A stretch of DNA of 64,000 nt from Sulfuricurvum sp. (lineage in GTDB: Bacteria > Campylobacterota > Campylobacteria > Campylobacterales > Sulfurimonadaceae), in NCBI GenBank assembly GCA_043759555.1, contig JAYVLH010000004.1:10196-74195 (forward strand), read 5' to 3'. Within the stretch, counting starts at the first letter, position 1, and every line of letters starts with the position of its first letter. The position numbers and the translations under genes were made by a program. Below the pieces are notes generated by a model. That model ran no database searches. It was given only the letters and a program-made list of their open reading frames with translations, and was not told where the DNA came from. Shown here in pieces: positions 48,870 through 58,382 of the stretch.

Positions 48870-50215
48870 TAAAAAATAAATCCTAATCCTAGTGAATAGA
48901 CACCTTCGGTGACATAGTTGGCCGAATTGGCATCATTCCTATTTTGGCGCAGAGTATATTCCCCTTTTAAGACCACTTGCTCATGCGGGAAGTAATTTAG
49001 ACCATAGGTATAACTCTCTGTTGTTCCAAAGGCATTTCCGCTTGCCATTGATGTCGCAAGATTGTAGTGTTCATATTGAAAAAATATGGGTAAACGTGTA
49101 CTCGCTGACGTAAAGTACGGTAAGATATTATACTCTAAATTCACATAGCCGCCCTGTGCTGATTCAGGATGAAACGCAAAATCAACAGGAGGGTTATTCC
49201 CTACGATATGATTACCGAGATACGAGTCGGCATGACTCAAATGAGTTTGGGTATAAAGCCCTTTGATTTTAAATCCGTCTTTTTGGTATTGAGCATGCAT
49301 TTCACCGATGGTTAATTTTCCTTCTTCTTTGTCATTGGTTGAAGGACCTGCTTTACCAGTATACAGACTCGCTCCTACCAATAGACCGTTGATTCCGGTA
49401 TAGTCAAGACGTGCAACCGCAGCAAGATTAGAGGTTTGTGCATTTCTTTCATATCCTCCGCGACGTCCATTATTTATCCAATTGATACCATTGGTATCCG
49501 CGTCAACAGCTCCATCGTGTTCTGCGCGTCCCATGTCTAGAGCCACAACGGTTCCGATATTGTAACTAAACGTATCCGTTTTACCATGGAATGTCAAACC
49601 ATTTTCATGCCATGTGGATGGAATTAAATAGGTTTCGACGTCAGGTCGCTTAACGGTATTAAAGAGTACCGGTTCGTGGTTGAGACTTACCAACCCCATT
49701 GGGACAACTTGATGTCCAACACGAATATTAAATGCCGGATCCAGTAAGAAATCAATATATAATTGCTCGACACTGACCTCTTCCCCGCCGTGTTCAAACT
49801 CAACTTCTGAATTCAAAATGATATTGTCGCTGAATTTGTATCCGATATAGGGAACAAAACGATTTACTTCGGTTGCATTAATACTGCTATTGGTGTGATG
49901 GGCAAACTGTATTTCTCCATAGCCGCCGATGGAAAGCGGGTTTTTAGAATAATAGACTTTTGATGCTGCTGCACCGAGGCCTGGCTCAGTTTTATCCATA
50001 TCAACAGTACCGAAGGATGTGGCATTTTGTGTATTGATCACTTCATCAGCAAGAGCCTGTGTTTGCTCAGCTTGTTTTTTAGTGCTGGCTTCGATATTTT
50101 CAAGACGCTGGGTGAGTGCTTTGAGCTGTGCTTTTAGATCGCTGATTTCATCAGCAGAAAGATTCGTAGTGACAAGAGCCAAAGCGACTGCTGTACTTAT
50201 TAGGGTTTTTTTCAT
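48869..50215 (-). CDS. Outer-membrane porin with N-terminal coiled coil
   Basis: Signal peptide, coiled coil, IGGYGE, NSEVEFEH, PSTWHENG, terminal LGLGFIF. Confidence 0.8.
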   Translation of the reverse strand: MKKTLISTAVALALVTTNLSADEISDLKAQLKALTQRLENIEASTKKQAEQTQALADEVINTQNATSFGTVDMDKTEPGLGAAASKVYYSKNPLSIGGYGEIQFAHHTNSSINATEVNRFVPYIGYKFSDNIILNSEVEFEHGGEEVSVEQLYIDFLLDPAFNIRVGHQVVPMGLVSLNHEPVLFNTVKRPDVETYLIPSTWHENGLTFHGKTDTFSYNIGTVVALDMGRAEHDGAVDADTNGINWINNGRRGGYERNAQTSNLAAVARLDYTGINGLLVGASLYTGKAGPSTNDKEEGKLTIGEMHAQYQKDGFKIKGLYTQTHLSHADSYLGNHIVGNNPPVDFAFHPESAQGGYVNLEYNILPYFTSASTRLPIFFQYEHYNLATSMASGNAFGTTESYTYGLNYFPHEQVVLKGEYTLRQNRNDANSANYVTEGVYSLGLGFIF

Positions 50216-50285
50216 GGATACACCTTTTATGATATCGATTATTAATAGCGAAAGTATAGATCAAAAAACTGAATCTAATATTAAT

Positions 50286-50304
50286 ATTGCAACTAATTAT
50301 CATT
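50286..50304. promoter_or_regulatory. Fur-box-like site in the porin/apbE divergent promoter
   Basis: Minus strand AATGATAATTAGTTGCAAT vs Fur consensus AATGATAATnATTATCATT. Confidence 0.55.
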
Positions 50305-50342
50305 TACAAAAAGCTGCCCATACCTATGCTACACTTCGTCTT

Positions 50343-51272
50343 ATGAAAATACTGTTGATCCTCTTCTTTTTATTAAGCTCATTAGATGCCTCATCACGTA
50401 CTCAGGCACATATGGGAACGCTTATCAGTGTTAATATTGACGATGACAATCTCAGCGATGTTGTTTTTATGCTGTTTAAAGATTTGGATGAGCGCCTCTC
50501 GACATATAAAAGTGACTCAGAAATTTCACAGCTCAATCAAAAATTAGAAGGGTTTTTAACCCCTGTTACCCAAAGAGTATTAGAACGTTCACTTGAAATG
50601 TACCATCTGAGTGATGGTGCCTTTGATATAACAATCGGTTCGCTGACCCACAGTGCATACCATTTTGGGTACGAAAATGAACACGTTCCAAGTCATGCAG
50701 AACTTCAAAGATTAAAAAAGTTTGTAGGCTCAAAACGGATAATCTTAGAGGGGAATCATGTAAAAATACTTCCCGGAACTATTATCGATTTAGGGGGAAT
50801 CGGCAAAGGGTATGCCGTTGATTTAGCTATTGATATATTGCAAACTAAAAAAATCACAAATGCAATCGTAGCGGCCTCTGGTGATATTGGCTGTTTAGGA
50901 TCATGTGACGTTCAAATTCAAGATCCATTCCATGTTGATAGTATGATTGCAACTATCCATTCTTCACTGCCGCGAGTTGCGATTAGTACAAGTGGTAATT
51001 ATGAGCGATATATTAAAAGTAAAAAATATAATCACCTTATCAACCCAAAATCTGGACTCTCTGAACAACGGTATGCCTCTATTACCCTAATAGACAAACA
51101 CGATAACACGCGGATTGATGCCCTTGCTACAGCCATTTCGATAATGGAAGAGAAAAAGGCTATACATCTATTGAATGCTTTAGGAATTGGGTATGTCCTT
51201 ATTTTTAATGATGGCAGAATACTCCATAGTGATATGCCTAGAGGGATACACTTAGTTTTTCTTAGACCTTAG
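50343..51272 (+). CDS. apbE: FAD:protein FMN transferase
   Basis: HMGT, GAFDITIG, IDLGGIGKGYAVD, STSGNYER, HLINPKSG, DALATA. Confidence 0.94.
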   Translation: MKILLILFFLLSSLDASSRTQAHMGTLISVNIDDDNLSDVVFMLFKDLDERLSTYKSDSEISQLNQKLEGFLTPVTQRVLERSLEMYHLSDGAFDITIGSLTHSAYHFGYENEHVPSHAELQRLKKFVGSKRIILEGNHVKILPGTIIDLGGIGKGYAVDLAIDILQTKKITNAIVAASGDIGCLGSCDVQIQDPFHVDSMIATIHSSLPRVAISTSGNYERYIKSKKYNHLINPKSGLSEQRYASITLIDKHDNTRIDALATAISIMEEKKAIHLLNALGIGYVLIFNDGRILHSDMPRGIHLVFLRP

Positions 51273-51398
51273 TCTGTGTATTATGGCGTAATGAAAAAAT
51301 GAGATCATTACTAACAAAAAACCTTATTTTCTCAATATCACGCTATCATATATCATCATCTAATAGGGCTGTTAGAGATAGTAGGGTAAAATTTTATC

Positions 51399-52409
51399 AT
51401 GATGCAAACACTTCCTATTGAAACTTTTTTAGAAACACTTGATACGTATGATCTCATTATCGATGCGAGAAGTCCGCATGAATATGGTGAGTCTCATATT
51501 CCTTTAGCCCGAAATTTTTATGCACTTAATGATGAAGAACATACGCAAGTAGGGACGATTTATAAACAAATTTCTTCTTTTGATGCACGAGTAAAAGGAG
51601 CTTCGTTTGTGTGTCTTAATGCGGCTCGCCACATTCATGATATCTATCCTGAGTTCACTCCCGGTTCCAAAATCGCTATTTATTGTGCTCGTGGCGGTAT
51701 GCGATCTTCGTCTTTAGGAACCATTCTTTCGAGTATTGGGTATCGCATCGATCGTGTCATAGGGGGATACAAATCGTATCGGACACTTATAACACAGTAT
51801 CTAGAAGAACTTCCAGATGTGAATTTCATCACCCTTTCAGGATATACGGGATGCGGTAAGAGTGATTTGTTGCATGAATTATCCAATGTCATTGATCTTG
51901 AAAAAATGGCGAATCACTATGGTTCAGTTTTTGGTGATGTCAATGGAGTTCAACCTGCACAAAAAGAGTTTCAAAATCGTCTTGCTCATGCTCTCTTTGC
52001 CCTGGATCCACATCAAAGCGCTTTTGTCGAAGCGGAGAGCAAGAGGATCGGGAAAATCGTTTTACCGGGCGCTTTGTATAAGCAGATGGAAGCGGGATTT
52101 CGTATTGAAATCACGGCTCCGATCGAACAGCGTATTGAACGGATTATGCGAATGTATGATCATATGGATGAGAATTTTTTTCGAACACGTATGGAGCGAA
52201 TTTCACCGTATATCAGCCGCGACGACAAAGCCTCAACTGTTGCCGCTTTTGAAAATGGCGATCTCTCCAAAGTCTCTGAAATTTTATTAACACAGTATTA
52301 TGATAAAGTCTACAAGGTCACCATAAAACCTAATATGACCATTCACAATGACGACCCTGCAAAAACAGTCGAAATACTAAAGGGAATTCAGTATGAACAA
52401 CAGCGCTAA
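51399..52409 (+). CDS. mnmH: tRNA 2-selenouridine synthase (SelU)
   Basis: Rhodanese DARSP, YCARGGMRS, P-loop GYTGCGKS, EAESKRIG. Confidence 0.94.
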   Translation: MMQTLPIETFLETLDTYDLIIDARSPHEYGESHIPLARNFYALNDEEHTQVGTIYKQISSFDARVKGASFVCLNAARHIHDIYPEFTPGSKIAIYCARGGMRSSSLGTILSSIGYRIDRVIGGYKSYRTLITQYLEELPDVNFITLSGYTGCGKSDLLHELSNVIDLEKMANHYGSVFGDVNGVQPAQKEFQNRLAHALFALDPHQSAFVEAESKRIGKIVLPGALYKQMEAGFRIEITAPIEQRIERIMRMYDHMDENFFRTRMERISPYISRDDKASTVAAFENGDLSKVSEILLTQYYDKVYKVTIKPNMTIHNDDPAKTVEILKGIQYEQQR

Positions 52410-53427
52410 GCTCACTAAATTTGTTCGTGCTTCAGGGTGTGCTGCGAAACTCTCACCCGGGTCATTGGAAAATGTCACCTGTCATTTGAAATCATTTCAT
52501 AAAGACTTGCTTGTTGGATTTGAGGGGAATGAGGATGCAGGCGTTTATCGGATCAGTGATGATTTGGCTATGGTTCAGACCGTTGATTTTATTACCCCCG
52601 TTGTGGATGATCCTTTTGTTTATGGCCAAATTGCAGCGGCGAATTCTCTCAGTGATGTCTTTGCTATGGGCGGGGATGCTAAAACAGCGCTCAATCTCGT
52701 GGGATTTGATGGAAAAAATCATGCGACAGAAGTTCTTACCGAAATTTTACGCGGCGGGATGGACAAAGCCAAAGAATGCGGTGCGGTTATCGTAGGCGGA
52801 CACACCATCGAAACCCCTGAAATGATCTATGGACTTTCGTGTACAGGGTTTGTCCATCCTGATAAAATTTTGCGCAATAATACGGTGCAAGAAGGGGATT
52901 TGATCGTTCTTACCAAACCGTTGGGTTTGGGTATCCTTACGACGGCCATAAAAGCAGATTTGCTGGAGGATGCAACGATTATGAAAGTTGCCGAAATGAT
53001 GCGAACCCTCAACTACAAATCCTCTCTTATTGCGAGAGAATTTAATGCTCATGCGTGTACCGATGTGACAGGATTTGGATTTTTGGGACATTTGCGTGAG
53101 ATGAGTGCAGGGATAAAAACGATCGACGTTGAGGCTAGCGCTGTGCCATTTTTTCCCGAAGCATTGGAAATGGCTGCTATGGGTATTATTCCTGCAGGAA
53201 GCTATGCGAATAAAGAGTATTTGGAATCCAAAGTACATTTCAAACGAAATATCGGAGCGGATCTTGAGATGATTCTTTTTGATGCACAGACCTCGGGCGG
53301 TTTGCTCATCTGCGCATCTGCAAAAGATGCACAACAGATAGTAGAACGTTGCCTTAATGAGGGAATTCCTGCCGTAATAGTAGCTTCTGTACGAGCCAAA
53401 GCTGATACCGATATTACAGTAGGATAG
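52393..53427 (+). CDS. selD: Selenophosphate synthetase (Cys form)
   Basis: SGCAAK with TGT codon, QTVDFITP, TDVTGFG, DAQTSGGLL. Confidence 0.96.
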   Translation: MNNSAKLTKFVRASGCAAKLSPGSLENVTCHLKSFHKDLLVGFEGNEDAGVYRISDDLAMVQTVDFITPVVDDPFVYGQIAAANSLSDVFAMGGDAKTALNLVGFDGKNHATEVLTEILRGGMDKAKECGAVIVGGHTIETPEMIYGLSCTGFVHPDKILRNNTVQEGDLIVLTKPLGLGILTTAIKADLLEDATIMKVAEMMRTLNYKSSLIAREFNAHACTDVTGFGFLGHLREMSAGIKTIDVEASAVPFFPEALEMAAMGIIPAGSYANKEYLESKVHFKRNIGADLEMILFDAQTSGGLLICASAKDAQQIVERCLNEGIPAVIVASVRAKADTDITVG

Positions 53428-53520
53428 CATTATAAACAGACACGTTATGTGACGACCTGTCAAGACTGTTTTTAAGTCTAGCAGCGACAAGAGTCTGTTT
53501 TTGTGAGCAGATTTATACTT

Positions 53521-54294
53521 TTATTTTTCTTTTCGCTTATAAGCATACATTGCGTTGTCAGCTGTTTTGATTACTTCTTCATATAACCTGCCTTCTGCAA
53601 AGGATTGTATCCCATAGGAGAAGCTGATTTTGAATTCTTCATCATCACTCTTAAAGAGTGTTTTTTCATAATAGTGCGCAATATGATTAATGATTTCATT
53701 CACTTGTAGTAGGGAATACTTTTCAGAAAAAATGACAACAAATTCATCTCCGCCATAACGCACGACCTCTCCCTTAGATTCTTGAAGTTTGTTCGCAACG
53801 TGCCTTAGTACTTTATCGCCGATTATATGACCATACGTATCGTTTATCATTTTGAACTTATTTAAATCAGTAACGACCATTGTGCCGCTTTGAGTGAATT
53901 TGTCTTTTGTGTGATTTAAATAGGTATCGTCAAACCATTTTCGATTGTAGGTTTTTGTTAAAGGATCTTCGTAAACGATTTTTTTGAGATGGTGCATCTC
54001 TGATTGAAGTTCTTCCATTTCTTCAATAACCTCTTTGAGCTTGAGAGCATTATTGGTTTTCATCGCATGAAGAGCACGCTCACCATATTCACATAATGAA
54101 ACGAGGTGACGTATCATTTTTTCATCGAGCATCTCTGGACTTACTAATTCTTCTGGATTGAGTTCAATTTGATGTGCTTTTGCAATTTCGGTATAGATTT
54201 GGTGATATTGTACAGGAAAGACAATGGAATAATCTTCAATCGCTTGTTTTGTTTCTTTGGTAATATTGATATGTTTTTGATGAAGTTTTTTCAC
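53521..54294 (-). CDS. GGDEF diguanylate cyclase
   Basis: DPLT..NR, INDTYGH..GD, RYGGDEF, ADNAMY. Confidence 0.92.
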   Translation of the reverse strand: MKKLHQKHINITKETKQAIEDYSIVFPVQYHQIYTEIAKAHQIELNPEELVSPEMLDEKMIRHLVSLCEYGERALHAMKTNNALKLKEVIEEMEELQSEMHHLKKIVYEDPLTKTYNRKWFDDTYLNHTKDKFTQSGTMVVTDLNKFKMINDTYGHIIGDKVLRHVANKLQESKGEVVRYGGDEFVVIFSEKYSLLQVNEIINHIAHYYEKTLFKSDDEEFKISFSYGIQSFAEGRLYEEVIKTADNAMYAYKRKEK

Positions 54295-54337
54295 ACTTTA
54301 CCTTGATAATCTTTAGTCTATTCTATTATATTTGTCC

Positions 54338-55096
54338 TTAATTCTTATTATCTACTGCAGATTTAGTATCAATAGCACTCATAATAGTCTGATAAGAGAA
54401 CATCACACTAAACGCCGCTGCAAGCAAGGATACGGCTACCATCATATACATTACAGCCAATTGATAAGAGACTGCTTTGAGAGGATCGGCTCCGGCAAGA
54501 AGCATCCCTGTCGTGATTCCAGGAATATGAATAATTCCGACGGTTTGGAGCATATTAAGAGTGGGAATCATGGCGGCTTTGACAGAGGCTTTGGACGCAA
54601 GGGAGAGGGCATCTTTAAGCGGTGCACCCAGTGCTGTCATACCCTCGATGGTCTCTAGTGTATTTTTGACTTCACCTTTAAATCGATCGATACTTTGGGT
54701 GTAAACATTGAGTGCATTTCCGATAATCATCCCGCCAATTGGAATCATCTCGTTGGGTATCATGTGTATGACCCCAAAGGCCATCATCGATAAAAAGACT
54801 ATTCCTGATGATGCTCCCAGCGTATAAAAAGCAACTTTAAAACTCTCATTACCAAGGGGTGTTCTTTTCTTTGCTGTGTAGGCTCCAAATGTCACCATTC
54901 CCAATAATACAAAAAACAAAAGTGAGGGATGGGATATTTTAAAGAGATAGACAAGCGCATATCCCAACAATCCCAGCTGCACCATCGCCAAAATAGAGTT
55001 GGTAAGAATCTGTTTTTCGAGACCGAAATGTTCACGGCGTGAATACCACAGAGCAAAAATGATAAGAGCATAGGAAGCTAAAAAAGAGTATTGCAT
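54338..55096 (-). CDS. fetB: FetB/YbbM-like ABC permease (UPF0014)
   Basis: IPIGGMIIGN, IPGITTGMLLAGADPLKAVSYQ. Confidence 0.8.
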   Translation of the reverse strand: MQYSFLASYALIIFALWYSRREHFGLEKQILTNSILAMVQLGLLGYALVYLFKISHPSLLFFVLLGMVTFGAYTAKKRTPLGNESFKVAFYTLGASSGIVFLSMMAFGVIHMIPNEMIPIGGMIIGNALNVYTQSIDRFKGEVKNTLETIEGMTALGAPLKDALSLASKASVKAAMIPTLNMLQTVGIIHIPGITTGMLLAGADPLKAVSYQLAVMYMMVAVSLLAAAFSVMFSYQTIMSAIDTKSAVDNKN

Positions 55097-55137
55097 GCAG
55101 AAAGGATAAACGAATACTTTGAATAGTATTTAACATC

Positions 55138-55201
55138 TGCCTCGAAAGAGGCAAGCTTTAGTGCCATAGCGGCAAGCGTAGATGCAGGGGCTTTTGCTCC
55201 T
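55138..55201. repeat. Structured intergenic element (third family), related to 11626-11680
   Basis: tgcctc-gaaa-gaggca hairpin; reverse complement aggagcaaaagcccctgcatctacgct resembles aggagcagagcccctcttggctacgct. Confidence 0.5.
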
Positions 55202-55213
55202 GTATCGTTCAAA

Positions 55214-55810
55214 TTAAAGTGACTCTGCGTGAGCAGAAAGATATTCAGCAACGCCGGCAGTGCTTGGTTTCATACCTGCATCGCCTTTTACCCAGCCAGC
55301 AGGACATACTTCGCCATGTTCATCGGTAAACTGCATAGTATCAACCATACGGATCATCTCATCGATGTTACGTCCAAGAGGAAGGTCATTGATAACTGCG
55401 TGACGGATAATACCTTTTGCATCGATCAAAAATGAACCGCGAAGGGCTACTGATTCACCAAAAAGTACATCGTAGTCTTTTGAAATTTGTTTGCTCAAAT
55501 CTGCAACAAGAGGAAATTTAACGCGACCGATTCCACCTTTTTCTACCGGAGTTTCTCTCCATGCAAAGTGTGAAAACTGGCTGTCAACAGAAACACCAAT
55601 AACGTTTACACCACGACTTTCGAAATCTTCGATACGGTGTGAAAATGCAATGATTTCTGATGGACATACAAAGGTAAAGTCAAGAGGATAAAAGAACAAT
55701 ACTGTCCCTTTTTTTCCAAAATTTTCGGATAGTTTGAATCCATCAACGATGGTGCCATCTGCTAAAACGGTTGTTGCTGTAAAATCTGGAGCGGGTTTAG
55801 TAACGAGCAT
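55214..55810 (-). CDS. ahpC: 2-Cys peroxiredoxin AhpC
   Basis: FYPLDFTFVCPSE, GEVCPAGW. Confidence 0.96.
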   Translation of the reverse strand: MLVTKPAPDFTATTVLADGTIVDGFKLSENFGKKGTVLFFYPLDFTFVCPSEIIAFSHRIEDFESRGVNVIGVSVDSQFSHFAWRETPVEKGGIGRVKFPLVADLSKQISKDYDVLFGESVALRGSFLIDAKGIIRHAVINDLPLGRNIDEMIRMVDTMQFTDEHGEVCPAGWVKGDAGMKPSTAGVAEYLSAHAESL

Positions 55811-55971
55811 GGTATTTCCTTGTGTTATTTTTAAAGTCTGGAAATTGTAACACACGAAGATTAATGTAAATGAGAGTCGAGAAGTTAACCCAAAACTCTA
55901 AAGGATAATTTTTATTATTTAGAACGGTTATTGCATTATTCACATTGTATTTGATAGGATATAATCACATT

Positions 55972-57747
55972 ATGCTTACTTTTAAAACTCTTTTTACAAT
56001 GATGCTGCGTTACAAACGCGAATTAGTGTGGGGCAATCTTATTGCTATTTTGGCGACGTTGATTTCTATTCCTATTCCTCTACTGATACCTCTGATGGTC
56101 GATGAGGTGCTGCTTAAAAAAGGTGGGGCAATCTTGCAAGCAATTGACAAGGTTACCTCGCTACATGAGCCATTACTATACATAGGGATTGTCCTTGCGG
56201 TAACGATTGGGCTTCGGTTTGTATTTTTTCTCTTAAGCGTTGTGTCACAGAAATTTTTTATTACTCTTTCTCAGGAACTGAGTTTTGCTATACGTGTTCA
56301 AGCGTTGGAACATTTAAAATACGTTTCCATGAGTGCGTATGAACGATTGGGAAGCGGGAAAGTGATTACCCATCTCATTACGGATATCGATACCATCGAG
56401 CAGTTTTTAGGAAATGCACTTTCGAAACTTGTGGTATCAGTAACAACGCTTATCGGGGTTGCGGTGGTACTGATTTGGATTAATCCGCTCTTTGGGATAC
56501 TTATCCTTATTTTTCAGCCGATGATTATGATCGTGACCCGTAAAATCTCCACAGCAGTAGGAAAGCTCAAGAAAGAGCAAAATCGTACCATCGGCGAGCT
56601 CTCTGATACTCTGACACAGATGTGTGATTTGTTTGGACAAATACGTGCAAGCAACAAAGAAGATCGATTTGTTGCAAATGCGATTGAGCAATCTAAAACA
56701 CTCAAGCAAAGTGCCAGTGAGTATGGAATCAAAGCTCTGTTTGGAGAAAAATACTCGTATACGCTTTTTTTAAGCGGATTTGAGATTTTTCGGGCGATGG
56801 GTTTAGTCATGGTCCTATATTCCAATCTCTCTATCGGTCTGATGTTTGGGATTTTTGGCTATTTGTGGTTTATGATGACCCCTGTCCAAGAATTGCTTTC
56901 TCTCCAATACTCTTATGCTAATGCTAAAAATGCCCTCTCACGCCTCAATGAACTGCTCTCTCTTCCGGTAGAACCCAAAAATCCGACGCAGCCTCGCAAT
57001 GTTTCCCAAGCAAATGCACTTTCTATCGAGACCAAAAATCTGGTGTTTGGGTATGATGAAAAAGAACCGGTGCTCAAAGGGCTGAATCTCTCAATACAAG
57101 CAGGCGCTAAAGTGGCCATCATCGGGGCGAGCGGAAGTGGTAAAAGTACACTGTCTCAATTGCTCGTTGGTTTTTATCCTCCTACATCGGGGACGATTTT
57201 GTATAACGGTATTGATGTGCAAGAGATCGGATTTGCTTTTATACGAAACGAAGTCTTTGTGGTCTTGCAACAGCCGCTCATGTTTAATGAAACACTGCGG
57301 TTTAACCTGACTATGGGGGACAATGTTACGGATGATGTCATTTATGAAGCACTACGTATTGCACAGCTGGAAGATTTTGTTACCAGTTTGCCGTTGGGTT
57401 TAGAGACACAAGTCGGTAAGTTCGGTATACGTCTCTCAGGAGGTCAGCGTCAGCGCCTCTCTATCGCACGAATGGTTCTTGCCAATCCTAAAGTCGTCAT
57501 CTTCGATGAATCAACCTCTGCGTTGGATGTACATACGGAGAGTGCGTTATTTGAAGCACTGCAAACATTTTTACAAGAAAAGACGGTTATTATCATCGCC
57601 CATCGTCTTAGTACCGTGACACGGGCCGATTATATTTATGTGCTTGAAAACGGTACGATTTTAGAAGAGGGGACACGCGAAAAACTCGAATCTCTTGATG
57701 GAAGTTTTCATGATTTTGTTCATCATCAAGTGATGCAAGCGCTTTAG
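55972..57747 (+). CDS. ABC exporter, fused permease and ATPase
   Basis: TM domain, GASGSGKS, LSGGQRQR, FDESTSALD, IAHRL. Confidence 0.93.
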   Translation: MLTFKTLFTMMLRYKRELVWGNLIAILATLISIPIPLLIPLMVDEVLLKKGGAILQAIDKVTSLHEPLLYIGIVLAVTIGLRFVFFLLSVVSQKFFITLSQELSFAIRVQALEHLKYVSMSAYERLGSGKVITHLITDIDTIEQFLGNALSKLVVSVTTLIGVAVVLIWINPLFGILILIFQPMIMIVTRKISTAVGKLKKEQNRTIGELSDTLTQMCDLFGQIRASNKEDRFVANAIEQSKTLKQSASEYGIKALFGEKYSYTLFLSGFEIFRAMGLVMVLYSNLSIGLMFGIFGYLWFMMTPVQELLSLQYSYANAKNALSRLNELLSLPVEPKNPTQPRNVSQANALSIETKNLVFGYDEKEPVLKGLNLSIQAGAKVAIIGASGSGKSTLSQLLVGFYPPTSGTILYNGIDVQEIGFAFIRNEVFVVLQQPLMFNETLRFNLTMGDNVTDDVIYEALRIAQLEDFVTSLPLGLETQVGKFGIRLSGGQRQRLSIARMVLANPKVVIFDESTSALDVHTESALFEALQTFLQEKTVIIIAHRLSTVTRADYIYVLENGTILEEGTREKLESLDGSFHDFVHHQVMQAL

Positions 57748-57793
57748 GCGACGCTAAAAAGCGGAATACTCCAAATTTCGCGCTAATGGGACT

Positions 57794-58222
57794 CTATTCG
57801 TCTTTGTAAGAGGAGGGCATATCTGTATCTTTGTCCCCATTTTCAATTCGCACACGCGCTTTTCTGGCCAGTGCTTGATAGAGTCCTTGATAGTCTCTGA
57901 GCTGTTTTTCTTCCAACTCTTCTAAATCTAAGAGGGCATTATGCGCCCCTTCTGTTGAGCGTATCAATTCATCGAGTTTTATCTGGATGGCTCCCGTATC
58001 GCGATTTTGGGTATTTTGAATGACAAATACCATAATAAAAGTGATGATGGTTGTGGAGGTGTTAATGACAAGCTGCCATGTATTGCTGAAGTGAAAATAA
58101 GGTCCCGTTGCCATCCATACCAAAATGATGGCAATAGAAAAAGCAAAGGTCGACGACCTTCCCGATACAGCGGCGAATTTTTTTGTGAAAGCAGTGTACC
58201 ACATTCTATTATGAGCATACAT
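57794..58222 (-). CDS. Low-affinity iron permease (Fet4-like) family protein
   Basis: FSNTWQLVINTSTTIITFIMVFVIQNTQNRD..AIQIKLDEL. Confidence 0.85.
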   Translation of the reverse strand: MYAHNRMWYTAFTKKFAAVSGRSSTFAFSIAIILVWMATGPYFHFSNTWQLVINTSTTIITFIMVFVIQNTQNRDTGAIQIKLDELIRSTEGAHNALLDLEELEEKQLRDYQGLYQALARKARVRIENGDKDTDMPSSYKDE

Positions 58223-58382
58223 AATATGAAATCCTTTAGATGCATCTGTGTTGAGCTGACTGATTATGATATAATAACCTATATAAATATTAAATAGTTT
58301 ATACTATTGAAATTGTCAAGAAACTCTAAGCACAATTTTATGTTGGATTATGGCTATGAGGTGGGTTGCCACCGCTTTTTAT

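Noticed and set aside
50019-50342. Long N-terminal extension of ApbE in the ORF track, and similar extensions for recG, nadB, tilS, hemD and the MshP-like gene
   Set aside because: They overlap neighbouring genes or repeats; downstream starts have better signal-peptide, RBS or promoter context
52747-53490. Long antisense or alternate-frame ORFs (this 247-aa one, 24892-25563, 48028-48591 and others)
   Set aside because: Shadows of well-supported genes with no recognisable motifs
55138-55201. c-di-GMP or other riboswitch upstream of fetB/GGDEF
   Set aside because: Lacks the GEMM core sequence and resembles a dispersed repeat instead
45559-58000. Prophage or integrative element at tRNA-Leu
   Set aside because: No integrase, phage genes or duplicated tRNA 3' end seen
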